The notes: generated from the letters alone by a model not told the origin. Positions 45,400 to 59,559 are shown, counted from the stretch's first letter. The stretch is 64,000 nt of DNA from Curvularia clavata (GCA_023920165.1 CP089274.1:124001-188000), one strand, 5' to 3'. A program made the numbers and translations.

Positions 45400-45593
45400 G
45401 TCTGCTAGTAGAAGAGCACCCAGATCGACTAGCGTCGCAGCACATGCTTGCAATAGCATACCAAGCAGGCGGACAGGTGAAGAGGGCAGCAGCGCTGATG
45501 GAGCATGTAGTCACAGTTGAAGTGCGGGTTTTCCGAGACGACCATCCTTCGCGACTAGCATCAATAGAGGTGCTCAAAGACATGTATGCATAG
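45400..45593 (+). pseudogene. Orphan C-terminal TPR (kinesin-light-chain-type) repeats of a fungal NLR-like gene
   Basis: EEHPDRLASQHMLAIAYQAGGQVKRAAALMEHVV...DDHPSRLAS matches the 42-aa HPxxLAS repeat of NB-ARC/NACHT-TPR proteins. No upstream NOD domain is present. Confidence 0.75.
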
Positions 45594-46454
45594 CTAACAG
45601 TCGATTCGGACTCAACACAGTGAAACGTATCTTTGCAGAGTCTGAATTAGTAAGCGAACAGAAACAATGCGAACTCATCATTAATTTCTAAACTCGAGGT
45701 AACGCTGGCCGAAGCATAGAACACTGTAACGCCGCTTTTGCATGTAGATAGGGCTAATCTACATTAGCCTGCTCGTGAGCAATGTGCGACCATAGCGGGT
45801 ACTTGGGTGGTACATAATGTCGCCACCGCTAGCGGAATAGTAGCCGACCCGCTCTGGCCACAGGGTTTGTGTTAGAGGCAATAATCTGTAGATATGGCTG
45901 AAGAGAAGGGTATTGCATGCAGCTCTAGATAGTGTAGTATCTGCCAAGTATAGTCACCGTCGCAGCTCTGCTAGTACTCATTCCTTACGACTTCAACAAT
46001 CGAAAACTCTTATAGGACCCTCAGAGGTCAAACTGAAGCAGCCTTAGCAATTGCAGTGTCCATGTAAGGAGCCGTTGATTGTTTGACCGTACCATGGCTG
46101 TGTCACCAAAACATGCCGGGCCTTTCCAACTTCGTACGTGTTTGCAACGATGGCGTTCTGCCAGTGACACTCAACCCAGGGCCGCCGCACTCAGCTCAGT
46201 ATTATATCCCCCTGTTGTGTTCCCCTTCAACGAGCCGAGACGAGCTCTCGGCTGCTTGGCCCAGGAATCGGCGCCGGTGGGCTCGAGAAGCAGGAGGACG
46301 TGGTAGCTCGAGCAGGTCTTCGTTCGGTTAGCGGAAGGGATGACGGCGGGTTTTGCAGCTTGAGGGTGACATGAATGGCATGTCTCTATGTTATAAAAGT
46401 GCCTCTCCCTATGCGTTGGACCAAATCTCGAAGTTGTTCGATGACTGAGTCTTT

Positions 46455-47187
46455 CATCTCAATCAATTCAAAGACATCAAGTTAAGAGCCAACGTAAGGC
46501 TGTGAAGCTATTTAATATTCCTCGTTCAATACTTTATAACCTTCTTTAAGATAGAGAACCTTAAGCTACTGCTAACGCTAGAAAAAGAAAGCTACTACCT
46601 ATTAAAGAGCAGTCTCTTGTTTAATAGATTCTAGAGCTAGATCGAAGAGGCTTTCCACCATATATTATCGACGTCCGACGGATGGCAGACGCTCTACTCG
46701 CCGCGCGTGGCTAAGATCCACCTCCACCACCTGTCGGCAAGAACTAGGTGTCGCGCTTCGTCCAGAGCCAGCCTAAACTTCAGACAAAGTGGACTAGAAG
46801 ATTTAATAGCTAGCGTGTCTAGTATGAGGATCCCGCTATAATTGCAGCGTAGTTTAAGCTAGTAGAAAAGACGCGCTAGACGTATAGCGTTCTAGATTAA
46901 GACGTCTATAACTTCGACGAGACTGGATTTGTAATAGGCGTCGCTGTAACGTTAAAAGTAGTCACTAGCGCTGATAGAGTTGGCAGAGCAGTCATCGTCC
47001 AGCTAGGTAATCGCGAGTGGGTAACAGCGATCGAGTGCGTTAACGCGTCTGGCTGGTCTCTCCCACCGTTCATAATACTGTCTGGCAAAGTCTACCAGGC
47101 TAGCTGGTACGACGGGCTCCCACTTGACTAGACTATCGGTGTCTCAGACAACGGCTGGACGACTGACGAGCTTAGTGTAGAGTGGGC
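46455..47187 (+). mobile_element. Truncated, heavily RIP-mutated Fot1/pogo transposase fragment
   Basis: ILELDRRGFPP, VGKN*VSRF, VYNFDETGF, GNREWVTAIEC, PPFIILSGK, VSDNGWTTDE with many TAG/TAA stops; ends abruptly near 47187; no TIR found. Confidence 0.85.
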
Positions 47188-47732
47188 CGTTTGCCCTCTC
47201 TACGCTGTCAGGCAACCACGCTCAAATTACGTCGCATGCAGTCGCCCGCCCACTCACCGCTCCTAGCACGTACTCTAACTGCCATTGCCTCCAGTCACGT
47301 GTTCAGACGTTGCTATTGCTTGTCGTTGCCTGTACCCCCTCGCCTATACACTTCTCACCATCACACAGTGGCTCCATCCAAGTACGCTATCGAACGCGGA
47401 AAATATTGGATGTGTAACAACTACATAGCATCTATCGGGCCCAGTTCAGCTTAACTAGAAAAGCAATGTTGTCGCTAGGGGTTAATATTTGATCAGTACC
47501 CGAGGCAATACAGTATTTGCCACGTCCTGCTTGTAGTGCAATGTTTTGGTCGAGTATAGTGCTTAAAAGACCTGATATTACGATATACTTATGCTTCGTA
47601 CGGCTTTTGTTGGCTTTTGAGCAGCTCTCATCATTTACATACAGTCTATTCCTTTCTAGCCACGCATAAGTCAATGCACAAGCATTGGATGTTTCCCAAA
47701 TAGTAGTGGCCAAATCATGAAAGTTGTTTGAA

Positions 47733-48793
47733 CTAGGGCAGAGTCCACTTGTAAAACCAGGCCAGCAAATACGGCGCCAGGTCCCAAGTCGTCGGTCCGC
47801 CACTAAGAACATCATATACCTCTCCAAATTCCGTCTTGCTAGGCCAGCCGTGGCCATAGCCATCAATGGTTCGATGCAGCACAAGATCATGGCGCCCTCC
47901 ACACTTCCATTTGTAATCTGTGACGGTCCCGTTTTCAAGACGCGCAGTTGCAGGGACTTTGTCACAGTTGTCGCGCGCAACCCAAGTATCGACCCATGTA
48001 CGGATTGGAATAAAAGGTGGCGTACTATTTCCATCATAGGGAACTATTTTGTCGCTGAGCCCATGGACGTTCATGTAAGGAAGTGCTCTTCCTTTCAGGT
48101 CTGGTATGCAATCTTTTTGATAGAGTGGCTCAGCCATGACAGCGTCTGGGTAAAAGGCACCGCTGACCGTGGAAAGGGCAGCGAAATGCTTGTTGGCGTC
48201 TTTGTCGCACATGAGAAGCGCAACCATGCTACCTCCGTTGGATATGCCAGTGCCGTAGACGCGCTTCTCATCCACACATAAGGTAGACAATAGCCGCGTC
48301 CTGACTTCCTCAACAAAGATGCGATCATCAATGACGGACGAATTGGGAGCTAGAACATCGCCTAGCCATTGTATCTTCAATCATCAGTTAGCAAAAATAC
48401 ATCTGGCGTTGTTACGTTTCAGCGACTTACACCGGGAGCCTGAACATCCATGCCAGATGGGTACACGACAATAGCGTCCTTGTTGAAAGTGGGATCTGAG
48501 AGCTGGCTAATCTTTTCCATAGACCAGGCGGGCTGCTGCTGGCCGTGGAACGCAAAGATTAGAGGTGCCGGCTTGGGTTTTGAGACAGCGTAATTTGTGG
48601 GCAAGTACAGGATGTATTCACGCTGTGTCGTCTTCCCTATGACTGATCTGGAGGAGATGGTCACATTGTGAGTCGATGTGCCGGGTTTAAGATTGGCAGG
48701 CAAAGGCAAACCACAGCCTGTACTGGCGAGAGCCATAGGGCTGAGGCTACTAAGAACGCCAAGAACGCCAAGAGTGAACGCAAGAGGGGCCAT
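47733..48793 (-). CDS. Secreted carbohydrate esterase family 1 (feruloyl-esterase-C/PHB-depolymerase-like), 2 exons
   Basis: Signal peptide, STGCG, PLIFAFHG, intron 48375-48430, nucleophile GISNGG, HGLSD and GHGWPS. Confidence 0.85.
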
Positions 48794-51672
48794 TGTTACG
48801 ATCGCGTGTGGAAACGAGTTGTTTAGATTCTTGCTAAGATGAGATCCATGACCTATTTATACCATACGACTCACAGCGAAGTGGCTCTTACGGGAGTGAT
48901 TTGGCTATCCACGATCAAATAACGGTCCGGCCGGAAGCTTAGATTGCAACGGCATAACTTCTTTCGGCCCTTTGTTTAGTGCTGACAGCTGCACTCTGAC
49001 CGACTCGAGGAAACAGCAGAAATCCTTTAAACTCTCAAAACATACCACATATGGTGAAAGACGTGGGAAAGCTGCGACAGACTTGCTGCTCGTTCGATAT
49101 TACCAGACGGCGAAACGACCATTCAAAGTTTTCCAAAGATACATCCTTTCTGATGTGAAAACTTAGCACAGGCATGGTATTTTCGTTTGCAATATTAGCG
49201 CATGGCAGGCTTCAGCTATAGCGCATGTTCTTGATTTGCCCTGGGAACGTGTAGTTGGAAATATATGTAGATGCATTGATGACAAGTGACGGGCGTAGTG
49301 CAAAGAAGATGTTTTCTACTATGGTCTCACCATAACCAACAAGGTTTTGGAGGCATACTAAATTCCAGAGATATTTTGAGCGCACGGCCTGACAAGCTAA
49401 CATGTAATGGACTAACAATTAACAACGTCCCTTTCTCAAACCTTATATACTCGACCTGTTCATGTAGAATCATCTAGCCTAGAACTCATGTTTGCCAGAT
49501 TTCTGAGAATGGGGCGCTGCCTAGTACATAAGCCATGCAAAATCTGCTTGTTTCGAATCCCGAACTCACGGACTTACGGCGAATGTTGAACGCTTCTTTA
49601 AGTTTTTATGTATGTTATCTAGAGCACACAACGACGCGACAAAGACAATAAGCCCTCAAATAGTCAACTATGGCGTGGGTTTCTTAGCGCTTATGAAATA
49701 GACGGGTTTGAAACAACCTGGTTCGTGCTAAGAACACTAGCTTGGCTACAAAGCAGCTTCACTAAATCCCACGATTTTGCTCTACGAAGACTTGAGAACA
49801 TGTATATCCATTAGCCCTGTTCATGAAACATGGGTCAAAGTTCTTGCAAGTTGTATTCGAACAAGAAAGTCTCATAGACTCTCCGTGTACCGGAATAACC
49901 GGATCAACCGCCCCATCAACACCGCCCAGCTTATATGGATGTAGTCAAAACCCCAATATCATCACAAGCTTTGTAGAGTATTTAAGATGGATCTAGGAGT
50001 AGTCCTATTCAGCGCATATGTATAAGAATCGAAAAGTGTGTTTTATTATGTATATACATTCTGTGAGTACGTTGTATCGGGCTATTTTTGTGCATTGAGA
50101 GTAGGGAATAACCTAAGAATACCACGCTCTGATAAGCACTCTTTCTTCTTCACTGTAGACGTGTCCTCAAAACGATTGATATGAATGCATCGTAGAGTCA
50201 AAAGCGGACTCTTATGCGCAAAGAATATTGTAAAAAACAAATAGCTGTGACAACTACAGCCCCTGTTTCAAAACTGGTGAAACGAAGAAAAGGGCGATCT
50301 ACTTTACAAGTAGCTGTTGATGTCACAGTGATGTATTGTTGCTGTATTTTTCGGACTGTCGACTCTACTGTTAAAAGTGACTGTAGTGGTCACAGTGCTT
50401 GATCATCTCTGCGCAGTTCAGCAATCCTCTATCCCATAAGGATGAAAGAATGAGGAAGAAGAAACGAAAATTCCCAAGCTCTAGATGTCACCGAGGTACT
50501 CTCGTCAACAGAGAAGGAAGCCACAATCGTGGGTTGTTGTTGTTTCCCAAAGTGGGCTCAGTTTTCATAACTAGAAAGACCAAAGCAATCAAGAAGGGCG
50601 CGGCAGAAGCCTGGCACCTGGAGAGCCCTGTAAGTGTCTCATTTCATTTGCCATGGGGAAGAGATTGGATCATTTAATGATGCAGCAGTTGCGTCCTGCC
50701 CTAGTCAGCCTCTTCAAAACTCCCTCTGCTTCTACCCTCTTCCTAATGAAACTCTCCTTCAACTGCTCTACCATGTCCGAAACGTGCATGATAGAAGAGC
50801 TTGCGGCGCACTTTGTTGTGTTTGCACCATGGTTGATACGATGCTGTAGAGTAGCAGACATGCTAATCGAACGCGGCCGTGAGACCAGGCAGATACAGTA
50901 AGTTTGTTAGTGTTGAATGATGCAGCTGTTATCTCATCTAAGAAGATATCATCACGTGGTCCTGCCTGATCCTCTAGGAGTGGGGCGTGCACTGATCGTC
51001 TGGCTACGTCGCGTTGCTCGAGCACTCGTATTTGTCGCTAGGCTGTTCAAATCTGGAACCCGCACATTATTACTAAACTAACTAGTTACATGTTGTGAGT
51101 CGAGATTGTGTACAAGGAGTACTGCCTGTACATATCCTCCTTTACACCTATCATCATATCATTACTCTACTTCATAACCAGGTGAAGTTACCCCTTACAG
51201 TTCAGGGTTATCGCTTGGCATGGTCGAGTCCTTGCATGGAGCAGACCTGGTCTTCGACTTCTCCGGCACGTACTCCAGAGCTTTCCTTGCGACGTTTCTC
51301 AAATATGAAGGTCAATTGATTGCTCTAGTGAATCAATTGAGCTTAATAAAAGTCAACATGGTTGATTGCGCAAGTGGTGCAAAACTGGTTTGATTAGATC
51401 GAGCAAACCAATCATTCACCCACCCGTGAATTAGGAGACTGGTTGCTAGTATGTCTATTTCAACACTTGCTCGATTATCAGGCGCTCAATCCCATAAACT
51501 TCGCTATCGTCAGAGCTAATTAGGTGTAAGTAGACCGTCAGTTTGCATATGCGCGAGCGTCGCGCTAGTGAGGAGATACAATGCTCTATTAGGTGTGGTA
51601 TATATCCAAACATTTGCGGACTTTTGTTCTAAGTTAGCTCCTATACTCCGACGTGACTACATAACCTCCTCC

Positions 51673-52773
51673 TCAATCCAAGGTAAATCGTTGTGACTCC
51701 CGGCTTGGCTGCGACAGAATGTTGTAGTTCAATCGCTGGATGTAATAGTCATCCTCGAGCTCGTGCGCGCGGGGTTGGCGCTTTATCTGACCAAGCAGAA
51801 TGGGCTTCAAGCCTTTTCCAAAGTTCAACATGCAAATGAACCCTACGACTAGCGAGAATACAGAGGAAGCTAGCGCCAAAGAAAGGTAAAAGACCATTTC
51901 ATCCTTCATCAAAGTCCTCGACAATATCGTATGGCCATACAAGACCATAAGTCGGCTGACGGCGTAAGCAATAAAAGCAGCATGAAGGAGCTTGAAAGAG
52001 TTAGTGGGATACTGAAGTAGAGGTCGCGAGACTCACTAAGATAATGGACATGGCAATCCGTTTTTCGTTGCGAACGCAGTACACTGCCAAAGCCAGATGC
52101 AGAAGGATGGCGGGTATGATACACATGGTCAAAGAGAATTCTGGCTCAGCATAGTGTACGTCGATGAGACTGTAGACCAGCAAAAAGGCAAGCACAAAGT
52201 AAGGAGTGTACTTGAGGAAAACAAGGTAAATCTGCAAGGTGATGAGTAAAGTGCTACTTGAGTACACATGGAGTCGGGAGCACAAACTTGATAGAACATG
52301 TATTTCCGCTGTACTTTTGTATCCGGACTAACGTCCTGATACAGGGCCCATGCGAATTCTCGGTACAGCTTCGGTGCGATGCCACACATGAAGATGCTGC
52401 AGAGACAGCTGACGACGGCACAAACGATCAGGCCAGGCGATACACGCCGCCAGAAGGGCCAGTCGGGCTTTGCGAGAGGTATGTGATATTGATTCCAATT
52501 CGTGACGGCCCTGGCCTGTGCGTCGTTTACCGTGTGATATTGCAATACGGTAGATGCAGAGAGACACACGTTAGTGATGCATAGCGCAAAGATTTGGAGA
52601 TGGTTCTTGATGCGGTATGCGTCGAGTGTCAGAGTCATTTGATACAGACACCCAAGGGTATTGATTGAAAGTGTTAATGAGATGACGAAAGCCAACGGGA
52701 CCTGGGCAACCATCAGCAATGTTACAATTATTGATCTGATCATAGTACCTCGTATATTTGGGGGTTGATCCAT
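51673..52773 (-). CDS. UPF0658-like multi-pass (Golgi) membrane protein, 3 exons
   Basis: Introns 52232-52287 and 51991-52036. Motifs LDAYRIKNHLQI, LYREFAWALY, VRNEK and NFGKGLKPIL resemble the UPF0658 family. Confidence 0.7.
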
Positions 52774-53985
52774 TGAAAGTAGACCACTAAGATGATCCTA
52801 GAATACGGGTTAGCAATCAAAGTTCAAACATGCGGGCTAATGTTAGAGGATCGAACATACATCTGGATGGTGGTGTTGATGACCCCTTGTGCTGCTGCGG
52901 CGGCGAAGAAAGCCCATTCCAGCTGCGTTTCTGGCCACCAGGACAGCATCATCTTCAGATAATTGGAAGAAGGAATTTCATTAAACTAAGAAAAGAAGCA
53001 GAAGAAAAGTATTGCAAATAGGGAACTCAGCCGCAGCCACAAGACAACGCCGTATGCAGAACGAGGCCAGGCCGTCGCACGTAAGGTAAAACGAGAGACG
53101 TTCAAATTTCAGAGATGTTAGCCTGGAGGGTCTTCAAGAGCGACCCACAATCCAAGCCTGAACACGAGAAAGGAGCTGGTGCGAATCATCCGATTCGGCT
53201 GAGTGCCTCACTGACAGAACCTTACTCTGTAGTGCACACGCTAGTTACAGATCGTCTCCACTTGAGGCTTAGCATGCCGAATAGCAGACGTGGCTGTGTC
53301 GTTGTATGATTGGGCATCTGTAGTATCGCCCAGTGCCCGTATAGCCAAATTCTCCATCTGTTGTTTCAGTCTCAGCTCGAGTGTACTCACCTTCTGATTT
53401 CTATCCATGTATACGATGCCTTCAGGTTCGCACACAAAGCAGCATGGAGTTAGTGTGCGTCGTCACGTCACTCTAGCGCAACCAGAGTAGCAAGGTTTCA
53501 TGGCAGTGATCAGCACGGTCTTCGGATCTCGCGACCAGTTCTTGTGTCTGCTGCTGTATGACCTCGGCTCTTTCTTGAAAAGGCATGAAATGGTGTCTTG
53601 AATCCCATCCGCTGCGCCATATCGGAGAAGCCGTTGTCGAAGCACTAAATACGTCGTCGGCTGCTTGGGCAGAAAGTCTGCAGGGCATGGGCACCGGGCA
53701 GATTCGTCCGTTTGCGTTTTTACTCTGGGGCAATCATGAGCGCAAAATCGGATGCGTTTGCGTTGGACAATGAAAAGAGCCTTCCTGCATAGCTCAAAAG
53801 CACCCTGTCGACGTCTTCAAAGCATATCTCCTTTGCAGGTGGGTTCGGGGTGCGCGACGTGGGCGATCCTTTTCAAACTTGGCAGGTGTCTAACCCGAAC
53901 GGGACAGAGGATTGCCGTTGCACGTTTTCCCGCATTCAAGTGCGCCACCCACATCCACTCGCATCCTTGCTACGTACCAGCGTCA

Positions 53986-54562
53986 ATGTCGTTCCTCGTC
54001 AGCCCCTTCTCCCGCTCTTCCAGAGCGCAGAATGCGTGGTTCATGGCCGGGCTAGCCTCGTCGTATCCAAATCTAGACGATGAGATGCGAGTGGGCGAGC
54101 GGCGGCCGTGCGGCGAAAAGTTTGTCCCTGGCTGTCGGATCTTCCACGTGCCTACAGACGACAGCTCCAAAGCAACAGAGATTGCGATTGACGACTGGAA
54201 GGATCCTGATGTTGGTGGAAGCGCCAAAGACCAAGTCATGGTGTTCCGGTACAAGGGAAAGTTTATTGCTGTCAATCACGTACGTGGCAACAGTGTCCAC
54301 CTTGTTCATGTGTTGACCGCAATACTCGCAGGAATGCCCACACTCTTCGTATCCTCTTTCCAACGGTGCGCCCTTCGATATAGAGGACTTTGGTGTAGTG
54401 CTGAGCTCAGGTATTCAGTGCCCGAAACACGACTGGTCTTTCGATCTGCACACTGGACGATCCGATCGCGGCAGCTACAAGCTTCAGGTCTGGGAAGTCC
54501 AACAAAGAGCCGGTGCAGAGGGCGACGAAATATGGGTAAGGCGAAAGCAAAAGATTGGATAG
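53986..54562 (+). CDS. Rieske [2Fe-2S] domain protein, 2 exons
   Basis: Intron 54280-54331 joins ..AVNH to ECPHSSYPL...IQCPKHDWSFDLHTG, giving the CxH and CxxH Rieske ligands. Confidence 0.88.
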
Positions 54563-54672
54563 TCTCCTCGTGTATCATCACTTCCAACAACACAATGTCC
54601 AGCAAACGCAAAAGTAAAATCAAGCAAAATTTCTTTCAAATTATTTCATTAATTTCTCAATCACCCAATACT

Positions 54673-56169
54673 CTACAACTTAATGCCCGTAACCTCAAAT
54701 GTCTGGACGACATTTTTTCCAAAGTACGACCAGAACTTTGTTCCGTTCATTACAGTGTCGCTGTGCTTTCCATACTGCTCGCCGCTACCAATCGTGGTCG
54801 ACCACCGGGTGACTGCCGCACCAGATGCAGGAAGTTTCGAGAAACCCGACAGCTCAAAGTTGAGATACTGCGCATTGTCCCAGTTGACAGCTACAATGAC
54901 CAGGGTTGACTTGCTGGCATCGTACGCGGCGACGACATTGTCGCCACCACCATCGAGGATCTGCATGCCCGGACGAATATGCCTTGCGAATTGGGCGAGG
55001 ACAAAGTATTTCTGCGTCGGAGAGCCCACCGTCTTGGCATCGTTGTCGGCATCAATCAATCCCCAACCTCCTTGGTCGAGAACTTGCCAGTACTCCCACG
55101 CAACGGGCTTCAGGTATCGGAAATCGAGCAGCAGGTTGCTTGCCAGTTGTTGGCCAGAGGCTTCACCGTCACCGTACTCGCTGTTGTAGACTGGCTTTCC
55201 GGCTTTTGTGGCCAGATCGTGAACAGCTACGCGGTCGCCACTCCCATACTGGTAACCGTGCACGTTGACACGTGCAATCTTGGAAAGCGCGCTGCTTCCA
55301 ATGTTCTTCAGATTGTTGACCGCTTGGTCGTAATAAGACTCGTCTGATGCTGCAATCACCGTCGCCAATGAGCGGCTCTTGAGATGCTTGTCGAGATACC
55401 CAACAATCGTGGCTTGGGTGGCTACGTCAATGTGGCACCCCTCTTGGGTACCGTCAGCCTTCCACCAGTTGGCACTCGGCTCATTGAACGGATCGACCGT
55501 CTCGAATTCGATACCGTATTTGCTCTTGTAAACTTGAGCAACTGTTGCCATGTAGACGGCGTGCTGCTCTAGGTTCCATGACTGAATATTCTCAGATCCA
55601 TCTGCGGCTCCCGACGGGTTGTGGTTGCGCGTCATCCACCACATTGGGCTGTTGCTGAACAATTCGGTCTTCTCGACACCTCTTTCAATCGCCTTTTGGA
55701 GTGCTTTCCGCTGATTGACATCTACGTTCCTATATCGAGTAGCCAAGATCAGCGAGTGATGATTCAAAAATCCCAAGTAAGCTTACCAGTTCCAACTCGC
55801 AGAGTTTGGGTCAGTGCTCGTCCAATCCAGCCAGAATCCCTCCATCTGCCTCGACCTCTTGACATTGGGCGACACAACCATTTTGTCGGTACCGATGGTG
55901 TTCCAGCTGCACGCACCGGCATTGTAACGTGCGTGGTTGAAGCCCAGGCCGGGCAGTGTAACACTACCAAACTTGGTTTGCTTGAGCGTGAAAAAGATAT
56001 CTGCGAGATCATCCCTGTCTCCAAACTGCTGAGCCCACCAGGCCAACGAGGTTCCCCATCCTTCCCAGGTACCCCAGTTGGATTTGGGGTTGACGGTTCT
56101 TGTTATATCAGCGTTTACTCCAACATTCAGGAGCACAAGGGCTATCTCGGCAAGGGTAGGAGCACGCAT
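54673..56169 (-). CDS. Secreted glycoside hydrolase family 30, endo-beta-1,6-galactanase-like (GH30_5), 2 exons
   Basis: Signal peptide, WEGWGTSLAWWA, intron 55730-55786, ELFSNSPMWWM, acid/base PFNEP, TQEGCH, nucleophile NSEYG. Confidence 0.88.
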
Positions 56170-57389
56170 GGTGACTAGGATCTGCGGACAACAAAATCGA
56201 CGACAGTGCACAGAGCGTTACCATCTGTCCCTTCTTAAGTAGATGCACGACATCACGCGATCCCTGCTACGCTTGTTTGGAGTACAGTAGCCTAGTCCTG
56301 ACATAGCACCATCAATTCAGGACCCAAGTCCGTTTGTTCTCAATAAAGCATAAGAAAGAGGGGCTGTAGGTGTAGTGCTTAGCACATCTCGGCGGTTCTG
56401 CCCTGCCGGGCCACTTCATTTTTAGAGAAGGCTCCGAGCTCATTTCCGTTACTATTCGCAATCATTTATCGATGTGAATGGTTAGAGTTGTCACTCTATT
56501 CCTAGAATAGCTTGTAATTGCTTATGGGTTCGAGCATATGACGTCGAGTATTGCTTCCCCTCCTGTTTGCCGGCATCCATAGGCCGGAATAATAAAAAAG
56601 TACAATTTTTCCGTTTAGAGCACCTTCCGACTTAGTAGTTACTATATTCGCTATCCCCATAGCCCAAATGTCGTGGTGTATGAAGATCTTGTGAACAACG
56701 GGTAATGCATCCGCACTCCGAAGAATTAGATTGGCAGATTGCGTATGGAGGCAGGAAAAGCCGAGGTTATACCGGAGTAGTACCCGCTGGTGGTCAGCTT
56801 GGCTACCTACCATTATGTGCAGGTGACCACTGAGAACCATGTCGCCGGAATAATTGTTACTTGATTACTCCCGGTTTTGCACTTCCAAACCAATGCGGTC
56901 CTTGAATGCCGGTTTGAGCCAGAGGGTGCAAAACGAAACCATTCCATTTTCATAATGCAAGAGTAATACAACGACTATGACGAAGAACGACTGGAGAACT
57001 TGACCAGACTGCAATGATCCCGCAGCCACTGAACTGGCGCTATCATGATGCTACTTATCCGTTTGCATAAAATTTGTATTTCTCAATGATACCCCTTTTA
57101 TCGCAACGGTTTCGTGATAGTCCAGACTGCATTTGAACGTATGGTTGAAGAAAGCAGGTATACCGGGGCGATCAAACCCACCCCCAGCAAATTAAAAGGA
57201 ACTCAAAGCAAAGAGGTTTAAAGCATCGGGTTTGTCGCATGTAAACACCCTGACATGCAGCTTGGATCAAACAACTCAAATTCGACGTTGAAGTAAACTG
57301 CACGCATACGGCTGGTAAGGGCATTCTCAACTCAAAGTGAGAAACGCTCCTCTTCTCAAGTTACACAATTCACCAACGAACTATCGTTT

Positions 57390-58697
57390 TTAGAGAGAAA
57401 GACCAAAATCCCAAACCTGTACTTGTCGAGCCGGGAACGGCCCCCCTTGTCTAACAAACAAGCTCAAAACACCAAAGTTTTTCAACCTCGTCTCATCGAC
57501 CAGCGGCTCACCGGCAGAATTGGGAATATCTGCCAACTTCTTCCAATCGTTGTAATTCGCGCCTGCTGTCGCGGTCCACAGCTGAATCGTCATCTTTGGC
57601 TGGTCTGGCAGGATAGCAATCACATTGTCGCCTGTAGCAACAATCTTGCCGCGGTAGGCAAGATAGGGTGGCGGTGAAAGGCCAGGCGCGTTGATAGCGA
57701 TCTTGCTAAACTTGCCTTCTGGCGTTCGCATGTAATGATAAAACTGCGCGGTACCAGTTGTGTTGTCGCGCATCAATGCGTGAAAACGGCCCTTTTGGTC
57801 CGCAAACTGGGCTTCCTGGTTGATGATTTGGCTGTTCTGCGGTATAGTGTAGACTTTGACTCCTGGCGTTGAAGGCTTCATGGGTACTGCGACGGATTGG
57901 CCATTGGTTTGTTTCCAGGATTTTCCAGCATCCTCCGAAAAGGCGAAGAAGAAGTCATGGTTGGTGCTGGCATCGGGAGTTTCGCGAACGGTCCATGAAA
58001 CAAATAGTTTACCTCCTTGGCTGCTAATTCCATTGATGTAGGCATTGTTGTCTTCGCCCTGAAAGTATTTTCCAACAGCGCTCCACTTTCCAGTACTGGC
58101 AGAATACCGGTGGATATACGAGTCACCGGCTCCAGACTGTCCTATTCGGAATTCCATCAAGAGGTCGCCGCCATCGATCAGTTCAAAACGTGGGTATGTC
58201 AGCGGTGTCCAAGGTCCGGTAGAGCCTGGCAGGCTGTGCTGGACCGTCCCGAAAGCGCTTGCAGTCCATTCCGAGGGAATGGTCTTTGCAATCCCTGCGT
58301 TGCTCACACGGTAGTTGAGTGGGACGTCATGGTGATCGAAACTCAGATGTATTCTCCCATCACCGCTGATGCCGACGGAGATGGTGTTGTGCTCATCAAG
58401 AGTAGTTTGTTCATAGTCGGTAAAAGCAAAATACTGCCAGGCGCCGACTGTGGGCGAAATTCTTCGTCGACCAAGATTGACATAGTGTTTGCCGTATCCC
58501 GAAGCTGTCTTGTAGAACGCAACGTACTGGTAATCCCCAAACGTCGTCAAGGCGTGCTGCTGGAAGGATAAACCGTTTAGGCGTACTGATCCCTGCACAT
58601 CATCTGTAATATTAAAGGTGCTGGTCGAGGTCACTGAAAGGGCAGAAATGAGGGGCGTGAGAGCCACCGCGCTCAGTAGGGAATAGAAAAGCTTCAT
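57390..58697 (-). CDS. Secreted BNR-repeat beta-propeller, PL42-like (rhamnosyl-glucuronate lyase) candidate
   Basis: Signal peptide; NGLSFQQ, DEHNTISVGISGDGRIHLSFDHH, LTYPRF and Asp-box SEDAGKSW. Confidence 0.75.
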   Translation of the reverse strand: MKLFYSLLSAVALTPLISALSVTSTSTFNITDDVQGSVRLNGLSFQQHALTTFGDYQYVAFYKTASGYGKHYVNLGRRRISPTVGAWQYFAFTDYEQTTLDEHNTISVGISGDGRIHLSFDHHDVPLNYRVSNAGIAKTIPSEWTASAFGTVQHSLPGSTGPWTPLTYPRFELIDGGDLLMEFRIGQSGAGDSYIHRYSASTGKWSAVGKYFQGEDNNAYINGISSQGGKLFVSWTVRETPDASTNHDFFFAFSEDAGKSWKQTNGQSVAVPMKPSTPGVKVYTIPQNSQIINQEAQFADQKGRFHALMRDNTTGTAQFYHYMRTPEGKFSKIAINAPGLSPPPYLAYRGKIVATGDNVIAILPDQPKMTIQLWTATAGANYNDWKKLADIPNSAGEPLVDETRLKNFGVLSLFVRQGGPFPARQVQVWDFGLSL

Positions 58698-59559
58698 AGC
58701 GACAGGTGATGAATCTGAAATGACAGGGTGGGTATTGCATTTATGCCATTGACAGCCATGTCAAAACAGGCGCAATGGTCTTCGTAGTTGACATGGGGAA
58801 TGAGGCAAGTGCTTGAACGATGATTCGGTATATCGTATCATCCCGCCAATAGTAAGCAACTAGTTAGCTCAGGGGCCTCAATTGTCACGATCGGGTTTTC
58901 GGGGGATTACCAGCGCGAGGCGGGGAAACTGGGGTATCCGGGTGGTGGCGCAAGTGGGTAGGTTACCTGTCTTGGAACGCGTGCGCTTGTGGCTTTCTCG
59001 TACTACATATGGTGGGAACACGAGCATTTTAAAGTCAAGCGGCTTCCGTCAGGTTCACGACAGAAAATCAGAAAGCTTAACAAATGCATAGCAAAAGATG
59101 AATAATTCAGCAGAGCATGAAGACGTGCAACCGAGGTTGTAGTTGGGTCTAGGATCGCACGGCACCTCTTCCGAACAGATGCTGGGAAACCATCGGAACG
59201 GTTCCGATGCCGCCCACGGCTCTCGCTTTCTTGTTACTCCAAGAGCCGCACAAACGCAACGACTGTGACAAACGATGAACATCCCTTTAGGCAAGCCGAA
59301 GTGCCGAGCTCTACGTGATAACAGCCATAGGCTAGAGGCTCTTGAACCCAACACGCTACCGAATATGGCAGGAGCGACTGCAGCCAAGGGCAACTCTCTT
59401 GGCAAGTACTTCAACAGGCAAAAAGCGCGTCTTGACTGACGTATCGCCTATCGTCTAGAGTGAGTGAACAAACGAAAAGCGTAGAAAATAAGATGTTGGG
59501 ACGCGCCAATTGCATTTCTGCGTCTCTGTCCCGAATCTCCAAGTGATACAACTCAGAGA

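Noticed and set aside
53752..54909. 385-aa ORF spanning the Rieske gene
   Set aside because: Read-through of the intron into a non-coding frame; the spliced 53986-54562 model restores the Rieske ligands.
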